The translations under genes were made by a program, and so were the position numbers. This document shows positions 21,674-32,429 of a DNA stretch of 33,626 nucleotides, in pieces. Position 1 is the first letter of the stretch, and each line of letters begins with the position of its first letter. Origin of the DNA: Chiloscyllium plagiosum (Eukaryota); contig NC_057757.1 in the NCBI RefSeq assembly GCF_004010195.1, forward strand, positions 9,839,154 through 9,872,779, read 5' to 3'. The notes under the pieces are model-generated. The model searched no databases. It saw only the letters and a program-made list of their open reading frames with translations, and was not told the DNA's origin.

Positions 21674-22037
21674 TACAGGAACTGGTGAAACTATTTAGAT
21701 GGGGCGGAGCTGGTGAATGTCATTCTGTTCCTCTGAGTTCACAAGCCATGCTGGAAAAGCTCATACCAACTGGATCTGACTGTTCCCAACTCTGCTCAGT
21801 TGTCAGATTCCCTGATCTTTGGGAAGCCAGAGGTATTAGAATTGAATTTGTGGTTAACTTAGAGACTCTCAGTCTTATTAACATGGCACTCTTCAACAGA
21901 GACAGTCAGTCATCCCAAATTCTCACCCAGCCCCATCATGAAAACCAGAAATAACCATGGAGGAGGCATGTTAGTGTCAGATTTCTGACTGGATTTTTTC
22001 ACCCTCTCTCCTTACTCCTTATGAGCATTAATATCGA

Positions 22038-22312
22038 ATCAGAACTAGGTACAGGGATCGATCATTCCACCCCTCGAACTTGGAGACTGTGCAGATTATA
22101 ACCTCAAATCTATCACCTTGCCTACCCCCTGATAACCTTTAATCCCCATGTTTGGCAAAAATTTACATTTTCCTTCAAAGGCTCTGACTGTAGCACCTTT
22201 TTGAGGAAGTGAGTTCAACAGATTCATGAACATCTGATTAAAAGCTAACTCACTTTTTCTCTGTTTTGAATGGGAGACCCCTGATTTTTAAATAGTGACA
22301 CCTGGTTGTAAT
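22038..22312 (-). mobile_element. Highly decayed CR1-type 3' end
   Basis: agaactagg..catt..cccctcga; ccctgataacctttaatcccc; gaatgggagacccctgatttttaaa. Confidence 0.5.
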
Positions 22313-22953
22313 ATTAGATCAGAAAGATTAGCCACAGATATGCTGGCATTGCAGGTTTCCCTGCAATGCACCTGGCTGCTGTTGACAGCTGTACCTCAGT
22401 GTTAATGCATTGCTGATACAGCATAGCTAGATTGTGAGGTTAAATAGGCCACGGAATGATTGATTGCCTGTATATGGGGTGGAGGAATTAAATCTGATTC
22501 TAACGGAGCTGTAGTTTTTAAAAAAGGCAATTATAGTTTCTCCAGGAGACTGCAGAAAAATGGAAGCAATTTTCCAGTCATCAGTTGTGATGTTTCTTTC
22601 TGATGACGATCCAGATTCCATGCCTGGCCAGCTGTCCACTTTGGATTGAGGGATATTCTCATGGGATACAGAGACTGACCCACAAGGGAAAGGCATGTCA
22701 CTCTGGATCATGACAATGCCAGGACAGAGGAATCGAGCTGTCTGATTAGCACAAAGGGCAGGATCTTCCCAGCCCCAGAATGACAGGGAGGAAGTTGGCA
22801 TAATTACTCGGGGTGTCGAGAGAGGCTCCCGTCAACATCGAGACCAGAATGTCGGCGTTTTTCAACAAAGCCTCACATGTCAGGATGAGATTCATGCCTG
22901 TGGGTGTCCAATTAGCCAGAATAATTGTCCCCTATCACCCTCATTACTACCCA

Positions 22954-23182
22954 TTCTCATCTATGTTTTAACTTTATTTCCTTATTTTTATAATTTAGAC
23001 AATGAAGAACTGTAATATAGAGCTTTTAACTTTTTTCTTTATTTCTCTATTTTATTACCTAAGATTTGCAACTGGGTACTTTGTACCTAAGATGGTGCTG
23101 TGTGTTGGTGACATTGTACATTTTTCACTGTATTCCTGTACTGGAGTACATGTGACAATAAAACCTAATTCTAATTCTAATT
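22954..23182 (+). mobile_element. Non-LTR retroelement 3' end (Rex1/Babar-like tail); 14-bp TSD
   Basis: Ends tttcactgta...catgtgacaataaa followed by (ctaatt)n; TSD ctcatta(c/a)taccca at 22940-22953 and 23183-23196. Confidence 0.7.
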
Positions 23183-24215
23183 CTCATTAATACCCAGGCT
23201 CCCATTCCTCCTCAGTGGGTCTCCCGTCGGACTGGGGGTCCTGGTACAGCCCATGGAGCAATGGCTACAGTCACTCAGGCATTTAGGGTTGTTTCCTTGT
23301 TCGGGGGGTGAGGGACTGAATATTGGCCCACCCCCCACCATCTGTCTTGGCTTTCTCTGCCCTACCTGTGGGCTGGGAAAGAGGCAAAGGCAAGGATTGA
23401 GTGAGATGAAAGTGGCTGGTACAGCAGTTAGTGCTGGTGTAGCGGGGGGAAGGGTGGTGAGGTGCCCCGGGTGAGTGAGGAGGAGGGACAGGAGCCATGC
23501 AGCGTCAGTAGTCAGGGCTATTGGGTAGGTGACAGATGGGTAAGGGAAGATGTTGCAGGCAATAGTGACCGCGGTGGAGCATGAACCTTAGCAAGAGGTG
23601 GAGGTAGAGTGCGTGTGAGGTATCAGAAGGAAGATGGTTGGCCTTACCCTGATAGAGTGGGGAAAGACATTGACTGCCCTGCAGCACTGGGCGGGGGGGG
23701 GGGTTGGGCTGGGCATTTCTCTGGTCAGTTCCTGTGGGTGGCAAATCAGGCCAGGCTGGCAAGGTTTGATGCAGTGGTGCCATCTGCCAGACCCTGTGGA
23801 AGATGACAGCCCACCTCTGACCCACCCTGTTCACCAGGAGCTCCAGATCCCTGCCAAAAAACAATGTACCACTTTCCCCTTACCTTCCCCCCCACCCCAC
23901 CTACCCCATCACCCAAAGTACATGGGCAGATGTCTAACCTCTTCATCCAAGAGGTAGTTAAAAGTTTGTGCGAAGATTTGTAGCTCGGGTGCAACACACA
24001 CAAACGAAGCTGCATCAGGACACTATTCAAAAGGGCCACAACACACTGCAGTACACCAGGACTGCAAAAAGAAGAAGAGGAACACCTATACAAGGTATTC
24101 GCCAAAAACAGATACCCGCGCAATTTCATCAACAGATGCCTAAGAGAAAGACCACGGAACGAGGACATACCACAACCAAAAGGACTAGCCAAACTACCAT
24201 ACATCAGGAGCATCT

Positions 24216-24236
24216 NNNNNNNNNNNNNNNNNNNNN
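24216..24236. other. Assembly gap (21 N)
   Basis: Run of N. Confidence 1.
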
Positions 24237-24486
24237 GCAGACAACAAGCAATATGAATTCGACTGGGACAACACTACTATCATAGGGCAAGCCAGACAGA
24301 GAACAGCCAGGGAATTCCTAGAGTCATGGCATTCATCCACAAACTCCATCAACAAACACATCGACCTGGACCCAATATACCAACCACTACAGCGGACAGC
24401 TGAAACTGACAACCGGAAGCGGCAGGGACAGACCACTATAAACACCGGAGGAAACATCAAAAAAGCGCTTCGCAGGAGGCTCCCAA

Positions 24487-24526
24487 GCACTGATGATGTC
24501 GCCTAGCCAGGGGACGAAATGTTTGC
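24487..24526 (+). ncRNA. Hammerhead ribozyme motif in the PLE terminal repeat (stem III mutated)
   Basis: GCA-CTGATGA-T-GTC-g-CCT-AGCC-AGG-g-GAC-GAAA-TG-TT-TGC; stem I GCA/TGC. Confidence 0.7.
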
Positions 24527-24639
24527 AACAAAAACTTCCAGCTCAGCGAACAGAACCACAACAAGAGGTAGTTAATTTTAATGTTCGACATAATTGAAGC
24601 AGGAAAGGCAGAGATTAAGGGAGGAATACCACAGCAAAA

Positions 24640-25029
24640 AATCCTTATAAGTAGGGAAACAGGCCATTCAGCCCATCAACGCCACATCGACCCTCCAAAG
24701 AACATCCCACCCAAATTGAACCCCATCCCTGTAACCCCACATTTCTGATGGCCTACCCACCTAACCTACATATCCCTGCATACTTTGGTCAATTTCCCAT
24801 GGCCAACCCACATAACCTGCACATACGGGCAATTTAGTGTGGCCAATGCATGTAACCTGCACATCTTTGGATTGTGGGAGGAAACTGAAGCACCCAGAGG
24901 AAACTTACACAGACACGGGGGCAATGTGCAAACTGTACACAAACTGTACACAGACCCGAGCGTGGAATCAAATGCGGAGCCCTGGCGCTGTGAGGCAGCA
25001 GCGCTAACCACTGAGGCACTGAGCTGCCC
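24640..25029 (-). mobile_element. HE1-like SINE
   Basis: ccctggcgctgtgaggcagcagcgctaaccactgag head (rc), cacatctttggattgtgggaggaaac core, tail aggccattcagccc. Confidence 0.88.
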
Positions 25030-25269
25030 AAAGGGACTAGGTATTGTAGACACAGAAAGTGGTGAATACTGCAGGAATACTGAATCATAGAATCACACAG
25101 CACAGAGACAGGCTATTTTGTCTCCCGCATCACTGATAGTTCAAGTTCCTCCCTCAAACCAGCTTTCTCCTCACAAGCCTTAATGTAGTTTTTCTTGAGG
25201 ATATTTTTGAAGTGAAATCTGCATCAACCCACAGTCCAAATCGTAACGATCTTCTTTTTATATATTGTA

Positions 25270-25720
25270 CAGGGTGTGCCATTGGCTAGGTGAGCAATAG
25301 TTGTTCATTCCAAGTTGCCCTGAAGAGGGTGGTGGTGAGCTGCCTTCTTGAGCCTCTGCAGTCCGAGGGCTGTGGTGCAGTGCCATTATGGAGGAAGCCC
25401 AGGATTTTTAAAGAATGACTACTGAAGGAACGGCAAAAAACTTTCAAGTCAGGGTCGTGTGTGGTTCGAACAGGGACTTGCAGGTGGTGGTGTTTCCATC
25501 TATGTTTTGCCCTTGTGCTTCAAAGTGCTCAAGTTCATGGATTTAGAAGGTGCTCCTTAAGGAACCTTGGTGAATTTCTGCAGTGCTTCTTGGAGATGGT
25601 GCACACTGCTACTGCTAAGCATCAATGGGGAGGAAGTGGATGTCAGGCCAATCAAATGGGGGTTGCTTTGTCCTGTGTGATGTTGAAATTCTTGAGTGTT
25701 ATTGGAGCTGCACCCATTCC
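25270..25720 (-). mobile_element. Decayed LINE 3' end (CR1/L2 group) whose tail matches the SINE at 12690-13038
   Basis: rc reads LQRLKKAAHHH..QGN, then gggcaacttggaatgaacaactattgctcacctagccaatg. Confidence 0.65.
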
Positions 25721-25734
25721 ATTACACTCTGAGT

Positions 25735-26700
25735 AGACTGCTGGAGTTTAATTTGGATAAATGCGAGGTCATAGACACAGAGTCATAGAGATATAAGGCA
25801 TGGAAACACGCCTTTGGTCCAACTCGTCCATGCCAACCAGATATCCTAAACTAATCTAGTCCCATTTTCCAACACTTCGCCCATATCCCTCTATTCATAT
25901 ACCCATCCAGATGCCTTTTAAATGTTGTAATTGCACTAGCCTCCACCACTTCCTCTGGAAGCTCATTCCATACACACAAACCAAACATGGACAAGATCTG
26001 TACTCTTAATAGTAAGGCTCTGGGTAGTGTTGTGGAACAGATACTTCGGGGTTTAGGTATATAGTTCTTTGAATATTGTGTCATAGGGAGACAGGTGGTT
26101 AAGAAGGCATTTAGTACTCCTGCCTTCATTGCGTAGACCACTGAGTGTAGGAGTTGGGATGTCATGTTGAGGCTTTACAGGACATTGGTGAGGCCACTTT
26201 GGAGCACAGTGTCCAGTTCTGGTTGCTTTGCTTTAGCAAAGATATTATTAAAGTGGAGGGAGTTCAGAAAGGATTTACCAGGATGTTGCCAGGATTTGAG
26301 GATTTGAGTCATAGGGATAGGCAGGATAGGTTGGGAGTTTTCTCACTGGAACATAGGAGGCTGATGACGGACTTTGTCAATGTTTATAAAATCACGAGGG
26401 GCATAGGTAAAGGGAATAGCAAAGCTGGGGGAGTTCAAACTGAGGGGCATATTTCTAAGGTAAGAGGAGAAAGATTTAATAGGGACCCGAGTAGCAACTT
26501 TTTCACACAGGTGGTGGTTTGTTTGTGGAACGAACTGCCAGAGGAAGTGCTAGATACACGGACAGTTACAAAATTTAAAAGACACTTGGACAGGTACATG
26601 AATAGGAAAGGTTTAAAGGGATATGGGCCAAACACAGACAATTGAACTAGTTTAGTTTGGGAAACCTGGTTGGACCAAACCATGCCTCTATGACTCTATG
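25735..26700 (+). mobile_element. CR1 LINE 3' region with nested inverted CR1 tail fragment (about 25768-25976)
   Basis: ORF 26154-26645 (LEHSVQFW..FFTQVVVCLWNELPEEV..FKRHLDRYM); tail ctctatgactctatg; opposite-strand WNELPEEVVEA..FKRHLDGYM. Confidence 0.9.
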
Positions 26701-26788
26701 CTCCCCCTTCTGGCATCCATTTCTGACTCATGTCCTACTGAGACTTCTTCCTGGCTCTACTCCCATCGGGACCTATTCCCACCTTTGC

Positions 26789-27192
26789 TCATACTGGGAT
26801 GAATTCATGTTCTTTACTGCCACTGGGATCGGTACCGGAATCTGCTGTACACATGGACCTGTTCCAGTCTCTGTTTGGCTCCGCCTCTACCTTTGCCTCA
26901 TGTTTATTAGTTGATTTTGTATGTTTTGCTTGTTCCTTATTTAGATCTGAATCTGATCTAAGTGAAAGCTGGAGAGTGACTGGCACAAGCCAAAGGGAGG
27001 GTGCTGTGTGCAGGATTTTCTTCAGAGGGGGAATGGGACAGAAAGCGGGCCATTGGGCAGAATGCTTCACTTTCACAGAATGACACCCCAAATCATACCT
27101 TCACTACTGGTGATGTCATACACAAGAGCTAACCTTACCTCAGAGGACATTAATGGTGCATGTTTGTGACTGCAGATGCTAACACCATCTGC
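26789..27192 (-). CDS. Speculative two-exon coding segment (27192-27139 and 26968-26789)
   Basis: ttcccag|54 nt|gtaagg then ctctccag|180 nt to stop; both phase 0; joined product ADGVSICSHKHAPLMSSE-LSLRSDSDLNKEQAK...HEFIPV*. No homology recognised. Confidence 0.22.
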
Positions 27193-27869
27193 CTGGGAAT
27201 TGGTAAATGACTAAAGAGCCAGGTCCATGCACTTCATCATCTGCTATTCTGGTTATTGTGTGATACAATGATAATGGGCTTGCTGACAGGTCAGAATGAT
27301 CTATCTCAATCAATGAGGCCACAGCAGAGTCAGGCAGGAAGCTGGGGAGCTCCAGTCATGGAGAGCGCTAGGAACTGGATTTCCAAATTCACATGTTCTT
27401 CACCAACATGCACCACATATCATTCACAAAGCCATCATGACCTGCAGCCTAGAATGTAACTCTCTTGGAGGGATTGGTTTACTAGGAATTGAAATGATCC
27501 ACGCTTCAAGTGGCAGAGTCATTCAGAAGGAAGCAGGAAGTGTGGAAAATTAGATGCGGCATCAGGAGACTCCTCCCATCCCCACATTGGCCTGAGTAAA
27601 TTCTGGGCATGAAGTGGAGGATGGGTTATCTCCACCTGCACGTAAGACCTTTATGATGTCAGTTGCCAGTGACTCAATTACCATCAAATGATCTATTCCT
27701 ATGCGGACTTCAACTACCTCAGTACCAGGAAGGACAAAGGGTTCTTAGAGATCAGAGGTAGTGACCTCTGAGGTAGAGACCCTAGCTTTCTGCCAAGAGG
27801 ACAGGGTTCATAATGTGGAAGCAGGCCATTCAGCCACACCAACCCTCCAAAGAACATCTCACTCTTCTT

Positions 27870-29821
27870 ATGAAAATTTGTAAGAAGCGCCCAGGAGAGT
27901 TTTCTAGAGCAGCTTGTCAATAGTCCGATGAGGGAAGGGGCCATATTGGACCTGGTACTGGGGAACGAGCCAGGACAGGTGGTAGAAGTTGTGGTGGGGG
28001 ATTTCTTTGGGAACAGTAACCACAATTCTGTAAGTTTTAGAATACTCGTAGATAAAGATGGGAGTGGTGCTAAGGGAAGACACTAAACAGGGCCAAGGCC
28101 AATTATATCAAAATTAGGCAGGAGCTTGGAAATGTGGATTGGACACAGCTATTTGAAGGGAAGTCCACATTTGAGATGTGGGAGGCTTTCAAAGATAGGT
28201 TAAAGATAGTGCAGGATAAGCATGTCCCATTGAAGGGCAAGATTCGTGAACCGTGGATGACAGGAGAAATTGTACAACTAGCCAAGAGGAAAAGGGAAAC
28301 GTACATAAGGTCTAAGCAGCTAAGAACAGAATGGGCCCTAGAGGAATATAGGAAGAGTAGGACAAGTCTTAAACGAGGAATCAAGCGGGCTAAAAGGGGT
28401 CATGAAATATCTTTAGCAACCAGAATTAAGGAGAATGCCAAAGTATTTTATTCTTATATAGAAGCAAGTGGGTAACTAGAGAAAGGATTGGTCCACTAAA
28501 GGGTAATGAAGGAAGGCTGTGTCTAGAACCTGAGAGAATGGGTGAGATTCTGAATGATTACTTTGCATTAGTGTTCACTGAGGAGAGTAACATGATGAAT
28601 TTTGAGACTGGAGATAGACGTTTGATTATCTGGATCACGTTAACATAAGTAGGGAAGATGTGTTGGGTAGGCTAGAGGTTATTAAGGTGGATAAATCCCC
28701 AGGACTGGATGGGATCTATCCCAGGTTGCTGAGGGAGGCAAAGAGGAAATAGCTGGGGCCCTGACAGATATCTTTGTGGCATCCTTAAACACAGGTGAGG
28801 TGCCGGAGGACTGGAAGGTTGCTCATCTTGGGTAGTAGGGATATTACAGACCAGTGAGCCTGACGTCAGTGGTGGAAAAGTTGCTGGAGAGAGTACTGAG
28901 GGATATGATCTATTTATATTTAGAAAAGAATGGGCTTATCAGTGATAGGCAACATGGTTTTGCGTGGGGAGATCATGTCTTACCAACTTAATAGAGTTCT
29001 TCGAGGAAGTGACCAAGTTGGTAGATGAAGGAGGGACTGTTGATGTCATATACATGGACTTTAGTAAGGCATTTGATAAGGTGCCCCATTGTAGACTAAT
29101 GGAGAAGGTGAAGTCACATGGTGTGCAGGGTGTTCTAGCTAGGTGGCTAAAGAACTGGTTGAGCAACAGGAGACAGAGAGTAGTAGTTGAAGGGAGTTTC
29201 TAGAAATGGAGAAAGGTGACCAATGGTGATCCACAGGGGTCAGTGCTGGGGCCACTGTTGTTTGTAATATACATAAATGATCTAGAAGAGGGCACTGTTG
29301 GTATGATCAGCAAGTTTGCAGATGACACGAAGATTGGTGGAGTAGCAGAAAGCATAAGGGACTGCCAAAGAATACAGGAGGATATAGATAGACTGGAGAG
29401 TTGGGTAGAAATGTGGCAGATGGATTTCAATCCAGACAAATGTGAGGTGATGCATTTGGGCAAGACTAATTCTAGAGCGAATTATATAATGAACGGAAGA
29501 CCCTTGGAAAAATTAATGTGCAGAGAGATCTGGGAGTGCAGGTCCATTGTACCCTGAAGGTTGCTGCACAGGTGGAGAGAGTGGCCAAGAAGGCATATAG
29601 CTGAAAATGTGTTGCTGGAAAAGTGCAGCAGGTCAGGCAGCATCCAAGGTTTTTTTTTTGTAGAGGGAGGAAGAGAGCTTCCTTGGATGCTGCCTGACCT
29701 GCTGCGCTTTTCCAGCAACACATTTTCAGCTCTGATCTCCAGCATCTGCAGTCCCTTTCTCCAAGAAGGCATATAGTATGCTTGCCTTCACTGGACGGGG
29801 TATTGAGTATAAGAGCTGGCA
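27870..29821 (+). mobile_element. Long CR1 LINE ORF2 pseudogene (APE C-terminus through RT), running into the gap
   Basis: FLEQLVNSP..EGAILDLVLGN, SCLTNLIEFFEEVT, YMDFSKAFDKVPH, PQGSVLGPLLFVIYINDL, SKFADDTK. Confidence 0.95.
29601..29760. mobile_element. Fold-back Penelope-derived insertion in CR1; 16-bp TSD
   Basis: TSD ccaagaaggcatatag at 29585-29600 and 29761-29776; 51-bp inverted arms at 29599-29649 and 29681-29731. Confidence 0.9.
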
Positions 29822-30787
29822 NNNNNNNNNNNNNNNNNNNNNNNNNNNNNNNNNNNNNNNNNNNNNNNNNNNNNNNNNNNNNNNNNNNNNNNNNNNNNNN
29901 NNNNNNNNNNNNNNNNNNNNNNNNNNNNNNNNNNNNNNNNNNNNNNNNNNNNNNNNNNNNNNNNNNNNNNNNNNNNNNNNNNNNNNNNNNNNNNNNNNNN
30001 NNNNNNNNNNNNNNNNNNNNNNNNNNNNNNNNNNNNNNNNNNNNNNNNNNNNNNNNNNNNNNNNNNNNNNNNNNNNNNNNNNNNNNNNNNNNNNNNNNNN
30101 NNNNNNNNNNNNNNNNNNNNNNNNNNNNNNNNNNNNNNNNNNNNNNNNNNNNNNNNNNNNNNNNNNNNNNNNNNNNNNNNNNNNNNNNNNNNNNNNNNNN
30201 NNNNNNNNNNNNNNNNNNNNNNNNNNNNNNNNNNNNNNNNNNNNNNNNNNNNNNNNNNNNNNNNNNNNNNNNNNNNNNNNNNNNNNNNNNNNNNNNNNNN
30301 NNNNNNNNNNNNNNNNNNNNNNNNNNNNNNNNNNNNNNNNNNNNNNNNNNNNNNNNNNNNNNNNNNNNNNNNNNNNNNNNNNNNNNNNNNNNNNNNNNNN
30401 NNNNNNNNNNNNNNNNNNNNNNNNNNNNNNNNNNNNNNNNNNNNNNNNNNNNNNNNNNNNNNNNNNNNNNNNNNNNNNNNNNNNNNNNNNNNNNNNNNNN
30501 NNNNNNNNNNNNNNNNNNNNNNNNNNNNNNNNNNNNNNNNNNNNNNNNNNNNNNNNNNNNNNNNNNNNNNNNNNNNNNNNNNNNNNNNNNNNNNNNNNNN
30601 NNNNNNNNNNNNNNNNNNNNNNNNNNNNNNNNNNNNNNNNNNNNNNNNNNNNNNNNNNNNNNNNNNNNNNNNNNNNNNNNNNNNNNNNNNNNNNNNNNNN
30701 NNNNNNNNNNNNNNNNNNNNNNNNNNNNNNNNNNNNNNNNNNNNNNNNNNNNNNNNNNNNNNNNNNNNNNNNNNNNNNNNNNNNNNN
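29822..30787. other. Assembly gap (966 N)
   Basis: Run of N. Confidence 1.
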
Positions 30788-30982
30788 GTTTCCTCCGGGT
30801 GCTCCGGTTTCCTCCCACAGTCCAAAGATGTGCAGGTCAGGTGAATTGGCCATGCTAAATTGCCCGGAGTGTTAGGTAAGGGGTAAATGTAGGGGTATGG
30901 GTGGGTTGCGCTTTGGCGGGTCGGTGTGGACTTGTTGGGCCGAAGGGCCTGTTTCCACACTGTAATGTAATCTAAATCTAAT
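30788..30982 (+). mobile_element. HE1-like SINE 3' half
   Basis: gtttcctcccacagtccaaagatgtgcagg...ggccgaagggcctgtttccacactgtaa followed by a taatc-type tail. Confidence 0.9.
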
Positions 30983-31067
30983 CACACAGTCACCCGAGGC
31001 TGGAATCAAACCTGGGACCCTGGTGCTGTGAGGCAGCAGTGCTAACCACTGAGCCACCGTGCCACCC
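30983..31067 (-). mobile_element. HE1-like SINE tRNA-derived head only
   Basis: rc gggtggcacggtggctcagtggttagcactgctgcctcacagcaccagggtcccaggtttgattccagcc. Confidence 0.88.
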
Positions 31068-31724
31068 AGTTCTTTTTTTGAAAGATCAGGCAGCATCCGG
31101 GGAGCAAGTGGGTCATTGTATCGAGAAACTATTCGATAGCAGGGAGGATTTTCACTGAATACTAGAAAATCTCAGTGAGTGGGTAAAGACTGAAGTGATC
31201 AAAGATAAAAGGATACAAAAGATTCGCAGTGCACACAATCCTGAATTACTGGAAATGGAGCCAAACTACTGTGAATAAGAATTTGCTGTACTTTATTAAC
31301 ACGGTCCAAAGTACCCCATTCCCACACTAACTAACAGGGTCTGATGGCTTTAGGGGATGGTCCACCTCTATGCATCAGTTCACCAAGCCTGCCCAGCACT
31401 GTGAAATTACATTTCTCAATTAACTGCATGAAATAACCTCTTTCTGCCCTCAATCAGGCTTTATTATTGATTCATCAATTAGAATTCACTGCTGCACTGA
31501 GCCACCCATCACATGTGTTTATATGTGACAGGTCTCTGAGCAGAGACTGGGGGCCACAAACACTGCTTCATTTAACACAACACATACAGCCTCCACCAAT
31601 CACTTGGGTGGTCTGTACCAATGACACCATTTACTGATCTTTAATTTCAAATCCCTCAAAACCTTCATTAAACCAAATTCAACCAATCACAGTTTTGAAA
31701 GTTTCAATAGATCTCTCCTCAGTA

Positions 31725-31891
31725 CAGTTTCGTTATCCGAACATCAATATCTGAATTTTGGATTATTTGAACGAGTTGTCAAGGTCCCATAAATGCTTCC
31801 TTTGTTTACGATCAGATCAGTTATCCGAACAATCAGTTATCTGAACAAAATACTCCCCACCATTCTTGTTCAGATAACCGAGGTTGTTCTG
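31725..31891. mobile_element. Tc1/mariner (Tigger/pogo-like) MITE
   Basis: TA|CAG...CTG|TA ends; imperfect TIRs containing ttatc(c/t)gaac; the same motif is repeated internally. Confidence 0.7.
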
Positions 31892-31949
31892 TATACACAA
31901 CACGTTGGAGGAGGGGCCTACAGTGACAGCAGATTAGAAATTAGAACAC

Positions 31950-32194
31950 CATGTGATAGATTTAAGTCAGATGTCAGAGGCAAGTTCTTTACGCAGAGAG
32001 TGGTAAGGGCATGGAATGCTCCACCTGCTAAGGTAGTCAAGTCAGCCATATTAGGGAGATTTAAACAATCCTTAGATAAGCACATGGATGATGTTGGGAT
32101 AATGTAGGGGGACGAGCTGAGAATAGTTCACAGGTCGGCACAGCATCGAGGGCCGAAGGGTCTGTTCTGCGCTATATTGTTCTATGTTCTATGT
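31950..32194 (+). mobile_element. CR1 LINE 3' end with (gttctat)n tail
   Basis: DRFKSDVRGKFFTQRVVRAWNA..FKQSLDKHMD. Confidence 0.88.
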
Positions 32195-32204
32195 CATGGG
32201 AATT

Positions 32205-32425
32205 GTATCACACACACTGTACGCACACACACAGCAATCACACTGTACCCACACTCAGACTGCATGTGCACACAGTTATCACACTGAACTCACACCCACA
32301 CTGTATGCGCACGCAGTAAACACACTGTACTCACACTCACGCTGCGTGCGCACATAGTAATCACATTGTACTCACACATTGTAATCAACCTACTCACACA
32401 TAGCAGTCACACTGTTTGCACATTA
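32205..32425. repeat. CA-rich degenerate minisatellite
   Basis: Recurrent cacactgta(c/t)..cacac..cagtaatcacact units. Confidence 0.8.
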
Positions 32426-32429
32426 GCAC

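Larger units (their letters stand above)
23962..24561 (+). mobile_element. 5'-truncated Penelope-like element of a second family (RT C-terminus, GIY-YIG C-terminus, pLTR); 14-bp TSD; spans a gap
   Basis: HKRSCIRTLFKRATTHCST..EEEEHLYKVFAKNRYPRNFI..LPYI and FDWDNTTIIGQARQRTAREFLESWHS..SINKHIDLDPIY (allowing one frameshift); TSD caagaggtagttaa at 23948-23961 and 24562-24575. Confidence 0.92.

Noticed and set aside
21078..21698. 206-aa ORF
   Set aside because: It is the antisense reading of a CR1 3' fragment.
22427..22801. 124-aa minus-strand ORF with a vaguely CUB-like end (SSVRIRFNSS..FRGLFN)
   Set aside because: No diagnostic cysteines or other CUB motifs and no supporting splice sites; the resemblance is too weak.
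23190..23940. G-rich region with several overlapping ORFs and a G-quadruplex-like run near 23688-23713
   Set aside because: The ORFs are explained by base composition, and no recognisable domain, termini or CpG island was found.
29472..30960. Six long ORFs (358-448 aa)
   Set aside because: They are artefacts of translating through the 966-N gap.
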